DNA of 64,000 nucleotides from Patescibacteria group bacterium (GTDB lineage Bacteria; Patescibacteriota; Minisyncoccia; Phycocordibacterales; Phycocordibacteraceae): NCBI GenBank assembly GCA_029260935.1, contig JAJDCJ010000005.1, positions 16,073 to 80,072 of the forward strand, read 5' to 3'. Shown piece by piece: positions 56,795 to 64,000 of this stretch (position 1 is its first letter; each line of letters starts with the position of its first letter). The notes under the pieces were generated by a model. It saw only the letters and a program-made list of their open reading frames with translations, ran no database searches and was not told where the DNA came from. The position numbers and the translations under genes were made by a program.

Positions 56795-58308
56795 AAAAAA
56801 CACTCTTTACACTTCTGATGATTACCTTTCTTGCAACTCCCGTGCAAGCAGTACACGCGTTAGGGGCAGGAGCTATTGGCTGTGGTGCTGCCTCAGTTGC
56901 AGTTGGCGCAGGATCAGCTGCAGCGTCCCGCGCCATTGGTGCTGAAATTCCCGTGTCCGACCGTGGAACCAGAAAATCACTTTCAGCACTTGAGTCAAAA
57001 GAGTGTATTTTAGACGGCCTTACCGTGGTACTACGCGAAGCGTTGATTGCATCAATTACCCAGAGCATTGTTGACTGGATTAACAACGGCTTTGAAGGGG
57101 GGCCAACTTTTGTAACTGACCTTAGTGCTTTTTTGGGAGAAGTTGCAGACAACACGTCACTTGATTTTATTCACGGTACCGAGTTGGGCTTTTTGTGTAG
57201 CCCGTTTGAACTTGAAGTGCGTTTGGCGCTTTCCGTTGCTCGTCAGCCATTTAGAGAACATATACGGTGCTCTCTTGGAGATGTGACCGACAACATTGAC
57301 GGGTTCTTGTCCGGCGACTTCTCACAAGGCGGGTGGCCCGCGTGGTTTAGGGTACACACATCACTACAAAACCATCCGTACGGCGCCTACTACTTGGCGC
57401 AAGGGGAGTTGAACACACGTCTTGATAGAAGACAACAAGTGGAATTAGAAAAACTTAATTATGGTCAAGGATTTTTATCAAAAGAAAGGTGTTCTACAAA
57501 CCACCTTGGCGAAAGTAGATGTGAAATCGTCACTCCTGGCGCCGTTATCAATGAACAACTCAACAACACACTCTCTTCAGGAACAAGGCAGTTAGAATTA
57601 GCTGACGAGATCGATGAAATTATTGGCGCCTTAATTGCCCAGCTTGCGCAACAAACATTCACTTCGCTTGACGGACTTCGTGGGCTTTCAAGTCGCTCAT
57701 CGTCTTCTTCGCGACGAGTAGACCAGGGGGATAGAAATGGAAATTTTCGCGATACTCCAGCTTCATACCTTGAAGCGATAGCTGACGAAAGTGACTCGTC
57801 GTCAGTTGGCGCTGGGCGAACTATTCTTCTTTCTGATATTGATACGGCAATTGATCTGGAAGAAGAGTACCAAGACGTTCTTAATGGCATCATTGCCAAC
57901 TTGGCTGAGGCAGAAGAGAAGTTTGGTGCGCTCTACCAGTGTTTTGTTGATGTTGCTAACGTGCCGGGTGGTTCAGTAGGCATTAGTTCAACTGCAAACG
58001 ATGGCATCCTCTCAGTGCAAGAGGGTGGTGTAACCACAACACAAATAGAGCGTTATGAACAAGATCGTGAAATTTCAACTAATACTATTGGTAAACTCTT
58101 GGCGGCACGCGCTGAAACCAGAGATGCTCGTAGTGTGAGCGACCTCAATGACGCAGCCGACTCATACGATGCTATTCTTGCCTCAGGTGTTGTGCACTCA
58201 AGTGCTGACATCATTTTCCTCTCGGAAGATTTTGAAGCACAAAAAGGCGCACTTGAAGCGCTCAACAATGAAGCACATGTTGACTTGCGTGAGTGTAGAC
58301 AATTTTAA
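56791..58308 (+). CDS. Secreted protein of the T4SS-like cluster, hypothetical
   Basis: Signal peptide (MKKTLFTLLMITFLATPVQA) and a 480-aa soluble region. It is translationally coupled to its neighbours. Confidence 0.45.
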   Translation: MKKTLFTLLMITFLATPVQAVHALGAGAIGCGAASVAVGAGSAAASRAIGAEIPVSDRGTRKSLSALESKECILDGLTVVLREALIASITQSIVDWINNGFEGGPTFVTDLSAFLGEVADNTSLDFIHGTELGFLCSPFELEVRLALSVARQPFREHIRCSLGDVTDNIDGFLSGDFSQGGWPAWFRVHTSLQNHPYGAYYLAQGELNTRLDRRQQVELEKLNYGQGFLSKERCSTNHLGESRCEIVTPGAVINEQLNNTLSSGTRQLELADEIDEIIGALIAQLAQQTFTSLDGLRGLSSRSSSSSRRVDQGDRNGNFRDTPASYLEAIADESDSSSVGAGRTILLSDIDTAIDLEEEYQDVLNGIIANLAEAEEKFGALYQCFVDVANVPGGSVGISSTANDGILSVQEGGVTTTQIERYEQDREISTNTIGKLLAARAETRDARSVSDLNDAADSYDAILASGVVHSSADIIFLSEDFEAQKGALEALNNEAHVDLRECRQF

Positions 58309-58311
58309 TAT

Positions 58312-60426
58312 ATGTTTAAATTTTTATTCAGCTCATCTTTAGTCCTTACACTAATAGTGACGTTCCTACCTGCTATTTTTGCACTGATAGGTGGAATAGC
58401 TGGTTGTTTTGGTAGTGGTCTCGAGGCTTCATTACCAGGAGGGGAATCAGCAATAGATGCCTGTTATGCTGGCTTCGCGGCTGTTGGTCTTGGAATCTCT
58501 GGGTTCTTTTTAGGCCTCGCAGGTACTTTGTTTGATTTTATGGTCTTTATGTTTGTGACTTCTTTAAGCTCTCTCTTGTCACAAACATCTTTACTTGGTG
58601 AGGCAATTGGAATAGGGTGGAGAGTTTTTCGTGATATCGCAAACCTCGCCTTTATTGCCGGTCTTGTCTGGGCGTCAATTGCAATGATTTTACAGGCAGG
58701 TACAGGCACTAACAAACCAGGCCCCCTTATTATAAAAATACTTATCGCCGCCCTCTTAGTAAACTTTAGCTACTTTTTTGGAGCGGTAATTATTGACGCC
58801 TCTAATTTCGTGTCAAAGAAAGTGTATGAAGAAGCAATCCTTATAGGTGAACCAACCACAAGCATTATAGGAAACCCTCTTGCAGGCGGTGTTAATAATT
58901 TTATAGACCAGGCGCCTATAACCGAACGATTTATGGCTGCAACAGGGCTTGGTTCTCTAGAAAACTTCAGAAACGGAGGAGGTCTTAGCACAGTTGAAGG
59001 TAGTCAACCCCTGCTTATTGCATTTTTAACAATATTTTTATTTTCTGTCGCGACAGGAGTATTTTTTACTGCCGGTTTACTTCTGTTGGGTCGTGTTGCT
59101 GTAATCATTGTTCTTCTGGTAACGTCGCCCGTTGGGGTACTTTATTTTACAGGGCTTCCTGTGGTAAGTGGGTGGGGGAAACAGTGGTGGAAAACACTGC
59201 AAGACCAGGCGCTCTTCCCACCGATTTTTCTTATATTAACCGCAATTAACTTAAAAATTATTGAAGCACTTGCGAGTTCATCGGGTAATGTTGGAGATTT
59301 TATACAATTAATTACCCAGAGCAACTCTGTGCCTGATATTTTTTCAATATTAAACCGTATTGTAATATTTGCCCTCGCCAGCTTACTCATAAAGATGTCT
59401 CTTGATGTTGCCAAAAACATGGCTCAAGGAATTGAAGTTACTCTCCCCACTGCAAAAGGTATCTACAAATACCCAATTGCAATAGGTGGCCTAATTTCAA
59501 GAGAATCAATAAAGAAGGTACTGGGGGGAGGGGTAAAAGCTGTTGCGAGAGATGTATCAAAAGTGTATGGTCCTGCCTTTAAGGATGTTGGCAGGGGTCT
59601 TGGTGCCACAGGCGACGCTACGCTTACTGCATTTGATAAAGCTGATGAAGCTCTATATCGGTCAGTCGGTCTTGGCTCTCTTCTTGAAGGGAAACCTCTA
59701 TCCGCCGGAAGGTTTAGCGAAGAGGTAAAGAAAGAGCGTTTGAGAAGAATTAAAGACATTTCAAGAAAAGACCCAAGTGCTGTTACTGACGCGGATAGAA
59801 AATACTGGGAGAAAACTTCAGAAGAGGTTCGCGAACAAGCACTTAAAAAAGCCAGCGGGAAGCAAAGGAAAACCCTACTTGAGCTTGAGGCCGGCTCTTC
59901 AGTAACAACATCCGCTTCAGGTAAAAAAGAGGAACCTGAAAAAACAGACGACAGCAAAGGCGACACTAAAGAACCTAAAAAAGAGAAACCAGACGATACA
60001 AAACCAAGTGGTAAAGACACGACAAGCGCTTCACTTTCATCTACAATTTCACAAATTGAAGGCGCTATACGAAGCGGGGACCAGAGGCAACTCTCTAAGC
60101 TGAATGATCTTACCAACCAAGAAGTTTACGAAGTGCTTCTTGCACGTAAATCACTTCTTAGCGACCAAAGAAATACTGAAAAACTTGCCCGCGCACTTGG
60201 TGGCGACAGATTTAATGAGGTTATCAAAGAACTTCCTCCTGAGACTATTACTAAAGAAATAATAACAGCAGTTGCCCCACACCTTAATGAAACTGGCTAT
60301 GGTGCACTGAAAACACGCTCAGACTTAAAAGAAGACCAGCGCAGATTCCTTGACTCTCAAATGCAACAAAAAAACGCTGCGGTAAAAAGAAACTTTGAGA
60401 CCGGGCCTGCAGGATCAATATTCTAA
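58312..60426 (+). CDS. VirB6/TrbL-like polytopic membrane protein with a Lys/Glu-rich cytoplasmic tail
   Basis: Multiple TM helices in the first 400 aa, then a charged low-complexity tail. It lies upstream of VirB3-like and VirB4-like genes. Confidence 0.45.
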   Translation: MFKFLFSSSLVLTLIVTFLPAIFALIGGIAGCFGSGLEASLPGGESAIDACYAGFAAVGLGISGFFLGLAGTLFDFMVFMFVTSLSSLLSQTSLLGEAIGIGWRVFRDIANLAFIAGLVWASIAMILQAGTGTNKPGPLIIKILIAALLVNFSYFFGAVIIDASNFVSKKVYEEAILIGEPTTSIIGNPLAGGVNNFIDQAPITERFMAATGLGSLENFRNGGGLSTVEGSQPLLIAFLTIFLFSVATGVFFTAGLLLLGRVAVIIVLLVTSPVGVLYFTGLPVVSGWGKQWWKTLQDQALFPPIFLILTAINLKIIEALASSSGNVGDFIQLITQSNSVPDIFSILNRIVIFALASLLIKMSLDVAKNMAQGIEVTLPTAKGIYKYPIAIGGLISRESIKKVLGGGVKAVARDVSKVYGPAFKDVGRGLGATGDATLTAFDKADEALYRSVGLGSLLEGKPLSAGRFSEEVKKERLRRIKDISRKDPSAVTDADRKYWEKTSEEVREQALKKASGKQRKTLLELEAGSSVTTSASGKKEEPEKTDDSKGDTKEPKKEKPDDTKPSGKDTTSASLSSTISQIEGAIRSGDQRQLSKLNDLTNQEVYEVLLARKSLLSDQRNTEKLARALGGDRFNEVIKELPPETITKEIITAVAPHLNETGYGALKTRSDLKEDQRRFLDSQMQQKNAAVKRNFETGPAGSIF

Positions 60427-60434
60427 AAAGAACT

Positions 60435-61046
60435 ATGGCAACGCTACCCACAAAAGAAGAAATTAAAAAAGCCTACCAACAGGCACCCGAGTATATACAA
60501 ACATACATCATCTCAAAAGAGCTCGCGGATGTTTTTAATACCATCCGTACTGCTTACAAACTTCATTTTGATGAGGCGGGGCAAATTAGCATTGCACTAA
60601 ACGCTGTTTTTTTGGAGGTACGTCCTACAGCCGAGTTTCCCGACCTTTTGAAGGTGGCGCTTGAACAAAACGGTGATAAGTATGACGTGGTGTTAAAAGA
60701 TATAAACGAAAAGATATTTACTGTCTTTAGAGAAAAAGTGCTTACACGAAAAACAGAAACACCTGAAATGCAAAGTGCTCAAAAAGAGGTGCCCAAAACA
60801 CCAACAGTAGTACCTACACCTCCTGAAAAAGAAAATGATATTCCACTTGTTTCAGTTCCCGAAACACAGCCAAAACCAGACCCTATAAATCAGTTAGAAA
60901 AAACCGTTTCCAACGCTACCGAAACTGTTTCAGTTAATACACTTGAAGATGAAACTACTCCTAAACCAAAGTTAAGAGAAGAGGTAGAACAAGCAGATAA
61001 AAAATACACACAAGGCGCTGACCCGTACCGCGAGGTATTAGACTAG
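60435..61046 (+). CDS. Hypothetical protein with a Pro/Thr-rich linker
   Basis: A 203-aa ORF in the T4SS-like cluster with no recognised motif. Confidence 0.4.
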   Translation: MATLPTKEEIKKAYQQAPEYIQTYIISKELADVFNTIRTAYKLHFDEAGQISIALNAVFLEVRPTAEFPDLLKVALEQNGDKYDVVLKDINEKIFTVFREKVLTRKTETPEMQSAQKEVPKTPTVVPTPPEKENDIPLVSVPETQPKPDPINQLEKTVSNATETVSVNTLEDETTPKPKLREEVEQADKKYTQGADPYREVLD

Positions 61047-61080
61047 GTGGTAGGGATTAGCTCTGTATCCCCACCGCTGA

Positions 61081-61527
61081 GTGCTGTATGCTGTATATAT
61101 GCGTTTCCAAGTACCACAGTTTATTGAAGTTGAAGATAAAATCTTTGGCCCGCTTACCGTAACCCAGTTTATTTACCTCGCAGGTGGCGTGGGTTTCCTG
61201 GTGGCGCTTTTATTAGTACTCCCTATATGGCTTGCGGTCATTCTTGGTGGTCCTATTGCAGTGTTTGGTGCGGCGCTTGCTTTTTATAAAGTAAATGACC
61301 GGCCATTTGTGGTGGCCCTCCAGGCTGGTGTTGAGTTTTTCCTTAGGGATAAGCTCTATGTGTGGGACAAAACAAAGAAAGAGCAAGAAAAAATAAAACC
61401 TGAAGAGGTTACAAAAGAGTCAGACGCTCTGAAGTATGTACCAGCAACAACGTCCAGTAAAATTAAAGATCTGTCCTGGAGTCTTGATATTAAAGAAAGT
61501 TTATATAGTGATGAAAAACAGAAGTGA
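61081..61527 (+). CDS. PrgI/VirB3-like small membrane protein
   Basis: Two adjacent TM helices (FIYLAGGVGFLVALLLVLPIWLAVILGGPIAVFGAALAF) directly upstream of the VirB4-like gene. The real start is probably MRFQ at 61099. Confidence 0.45.
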   Translation: MLYAVYMRFQVPQFIEVEDKIFGPLTVTQFIYLAGGVGFLVALLLVLPIWLAVILGGPIAVFGAALAFYKVNDRPFVVALQAGVEFFLRDKLYVWDKTKKEQEKIKPEEVTKESDALKYVPATTSSKIKDLSWSLDIKESLYSDEKQK

Positions 61528-62177
61528 GCATGCCTGAACAAAAAACAACAAAAACTAAAGCGGCCCAAGACTTTGTACCTGTAAAAGAAGTGCGTGGTGG
61601 TACTATTGTTCTCAAAGACAACACACTAGTTGGCGTACTGCTTGCTTCTAGTTTAAACTTCGCGCTAAAGTCTCAAGACGAACAGGGCGCTATTTTGTCA
61701 CAGTTCCAAAATTTTCTTAACTCACTAGATTTCTCTATTCAGTTTTTTGTGCAATCAAGGAAACTTGATATACGTCCCTACACAGCGCTACTTGAAGAGC
61801 GCCTTTCCGCACAAACTGAGGACCTTATGAAAATACAGGTGCGAGAATACATAGAGTTTGTGCGCTCTTTTACCGAACGCGCAAATATTATGTCAAAGCA
61901 CTTCTTTGTGGTGGTCCCTTACACACCACCTATTTTAGATATTAAAGACAATGTCACCAAACGATTCCTTGGAGGTGGTTCACTAGAGGCAAAAGAAAAG
62001 TCAGTTGGTTTTGAAGAACATCGTACCCAACTTGAACAGCGTATGGCTGTCGTTGAGCAAGGGTTGGTAAGAACAGGCGTACGCACCGTACCGCTTGATA
62101 CCGAGGCGGCAATTGAACTGCTGTACAAAGAATTTAATCCGGGAGAACTTGAAAAACCAATAACGCTTGGGACATAG
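61524..62177 (+). CDS. VirB4-like N-terminal domain fragment (217 aa)
   Basis: VPVKEVRGGTIVLKDNTLVGVLLASSLNFALKSQDEQGAILSQFQNFLNSL resembles the N-terminus of Gram-positive VirB4/TrsE-type ATPases. It ends with a stop and is followed by a 186-bp noncoding gap. Confidence 0.45.
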   Translation: MSMPEQKTTKTKAAQDFVPVKEVRGGTIVLKDNTLVGVLLASSLNFALKSQDEQGAILSQFQNFLNSLDFSIQFFVQSRKLDIRPYTALLEERLSAQTEDLMKIQVREYIEFVRSFTERANIMSKHFFVVVPYTPPILDIKDNVTKRFLGGGSLEAKEKSVGFEEHRTQLEQRMAVVEQGLVRTGVRTVPLDTEAAIELLYKEFNPGELEKPITLGT

Positions 62178-62363
62178 GAGGAGGAATGAGTGAGGTGATA
62201 GGTATAAGATGTGAGGTAATAGGTAAGAACATATGGAGTTAGAAACCGATGTCTTTTACTATACCCAGGTCAATGTATTGTTACATGAAGTAATATGCGT
62301 GTTGAATGTTATGATTTCTAAAGAGAGCAGTGCTAGTGCCTAGATGTCTAGCACCTATCTAAT

Positions 62364-64000
62364 ATGGGAATTTTTGATTTTATAAAAAAAGACAAGAAAG
62401 AAGCAGAGTTAACTCCGTTTCTGCCGAAAGATATTTATGAGGCGGCAAAACTTGATTTCGCCGATATTATTGCGCCGAGTGCGCTTAAAATAACACCGCG
62501 CGAAATGAATCTTGGGGATAAACTTGCGCGCACTTTTTACGTGATCTCCTACCCCCGTTTCCTATCTGACAGTTGGTTCTCACCAATTATCAACTTGGAC
62601 AAAGTATTTGATGTTGCAATTTACGTGCACCCCATTGATACCGCCTCTGTCCTGCGCAAGTTCCAGAAAAAAGTCGCTGAAATTCAAAGCCAGGTTATAT
62701 CACGTGAGGAGAAGGGACTGGTACGCGACCCAGTGCTTGATACCGCCTACCGCGACATTGAAGACTTGCGCGACAAGCTACAACAGGCGCAAGAACGTGT
62801 GTTTGATGTAGGTCTGTACATAACTATTTATGGCGACAATTCAGATGAGCTGGATAAAGCGGAAGCTGAAATCCGTTCAATTTTGGATGCAAAACTCGTC
62901 TATGTAAAACCAGCGCTCTTTCAACAAGAGCAGGGGTACAAAAGCGTTATTCCAACCGGGAAAGATTTGTTGGGGGTACATTCAAAACTAAACTCCTCAC
63001 CTCTCTCTTCTTTGTTTCCTTTCCTTTCATTTGACCTGACGTCCGATAGAGGAATTCTCTATGGCATTAACCGCCACAACGCCTCATTAATTCTTTTTGA
63101 CCGTTTTAGTCTTGAAAACTACAACTCAGTGACCTTTGCAAAGTCAGGGTCTGGAAAAAGTTACGCTACCAAACTTGAAATTCTCCGCTCTCTTATGTTT
63201 GACGTTGAGGTGTTGGTGATTGACCCTGAAAGCGAATATGAATACCTGGCAAACGCAGTAGGGGGGCGCTTCTTTAACATTTCACTCTCCTCAGAACACC
63301 ACATCAATCCTTTTGATTTACCAACGCCAAGAGAAGACGAGTCACCACAAGATATTTTGCGCAGTAACATCGTCACCTTGGTAGGGCTGTTCCGCATTAT
63401 GCTCGGTGGCCTTACACCAGAGGAGGACGCTATTATTGACAGAGCAATTACTGAAACCTACGCGCTCAAAGACATTAGTGGTGAAGCTGATTTTTCAAAC
63501 ATGGAACCCCCACTTCTTTCTGACTTTGAGTTAGTGCTTGCCGGCATGGAAGGTTCCGAATCTTTGGTACAGCGTCTTTCAAAATACACTAAAGGCACAT
63601 GGGCTGGCTTTATTAACCGACCCACGAACGTTGATATCAATAAAAAGTTCGTCGCCTTTTCAGTGCGTGACATGGAAGACGACTTGAAACCGGTTGCGAT
63701 GTATATTATTACCCACTACATCTGGAACGCAGTGCGTAAAAACTTACGCAAACGCCTTCTGGTTATTGACGAGGCGTGGTGGATGATGCGCTCTGAAGAC
63801 ACTGCGTCATTTATCTTTTCTATGGCAAAACGCGGACGAAAATATTTCTTGGGGCTTGCTACCGTAACTCAGGACGTACAAGATTTCCTTAACTCACCCT
63901 ACGGACTTCCGCTCATCACCAACTCATCTATTCAGCTGTTGTTAAAACAATCACCAACCTCAATTGACGCAGTACAAAAAACATTTAACTTAACCGAGGA
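62364..64000 (+). CDS. VirB4/TraE-like type IV secretion ATPase (3' partial; runs off the window)
   Basis: Walker A FAKSGSGKSYAT, Walker B LVIDEAWWM, and a CagE/TrbE/VirB-type architecture. It is not in the ORF track because no stop falls within the window. Confidence 0.8.
   Translation, partial: MGIFDFIKKDKKEAELTPFLPKDIYEAAKLDFADIIAPSALKITPREMNLGDKLARTFYVISYPRFLSDSWFSPIINLDKVFDVAIYVHPIDTASVLRKFQKKVAEIQSQVISREEKGLVRDPVLDTAYRDIEDLRDKLQQAQERVFDVGLYITIYGDNSDELDKAEAEIRSILDAKLVYVKPALFQQEQGYKSVIPTGKDLLGVHSKLNSSPLSSLFPFLSFDLTSDRGILYGINRHNASLILFDRFSLENYNSVTFAKSGSGKSYATKLEILRSLMFDVEVLVIDPESEYEYLANAVGGRFFNISLSSEHHINPFDLPTPREDESPQDILRSNIVTLVGLFRIMLGGLTPEEDAIIDRAITETYALKDISGEADFSNMEPPLLSDFELVLAGMEGSESLVQRLSKYTKGTWAGFINRPTNVDINKKFVAFSVRDMEDDLKPVAMYIITHYIWNAVRKNLRKRLLVIDEAWWMMRSEDTASFIFSMAKRGRKYFLGLATVTQDVQDFLNSPYGLPLITNSSIQLLLKQSPTSIDAVQKTFNLTE

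Noticed and set aside
62178-62363. Tandem gaggt(g/a)ataggta motifs as a CRISPR array
   Set aside because: There are only two imperfect 14-15-nt copies, no regular spacer-repeat periodicity, and no cas genes in the window. No CRISPR array was found anywhere in the 64 kb.
1-64000. rRNA genes
   Set aside because: No stretch shows 16S, 23S or 5S conserved motifs. Non-coding gaps are all under 450 bp.

Overview
This 64-kb window looks like a Candidate Phyla Radiation (Patescibacteria/Parcubacteria-like) chromosome segment. It is compact, about 43-45% GC, and most genes are on the minus strand. The list below summarises what I can support.

- **Housekeeping genes.** Site-2 protease, a SAM-dependent methyltransferase, rpmB, sodA, rnhA, recJ, a HIT-family protein, pgk, tpiA, nusA, ppa, comM/yifB, a DksA-like protein, pnp, rpsO, xerC/D-like, xth, cca, yraN, mscS, hup, rny, clpP, tig, an M23 peptidase, pcrA/uvrD and rsmA/ksgA.
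- **Split ComEC.** The competence channel and its MBL-fold domain are separate genes, with sodA between them.
- **Type IV pilus / competence operon.** pilB, pilC, two unusually large prepilin-like proteins and a minor pilin.
- **tRNA-rich accessory zone (31.1-41.2 kb).** tRNA-Arg, tRNA-Gly(GCC), tRNA-Pro and tRNA-Gly(TCC) lie here with tandem small Cys-rich ORFs.
- **Composite insertion at the tRNA-Gly(TCC) 3' end (36.35-41.11 kb).** This is the most striking structure. A large serine recombinase gene is flanked by 131-bp perfect inverted repeats. Directly adjoining it, a three-gene NitT/TauT-type ABC transporter operon is bracketed exactly at its start and stop by 241-bp inverted repeats (about 98% identical, internally palindromic). 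The whole insertion is bounded by a 19-bp direct repeat of the tRNA 3' end, with a third partial att-like copy nearby.
- **Conserved ~150-nt hairpin-led element.** One copy follows tRNA-Gly(GCC) and one lies at the distal end of the insertion.
- **Type IV secretion / conjugation-like cluster at the 3' end.** VirB6-like, PrgI/VirB3-like and VirB4-like genes, with VirB4 apparently split by a 186-bp repeat-containing insert.

No rRNA genes or CRISPR arrays were seen. All functional calls come from reading the translated ORFs and motifs by eye; no searches were run.
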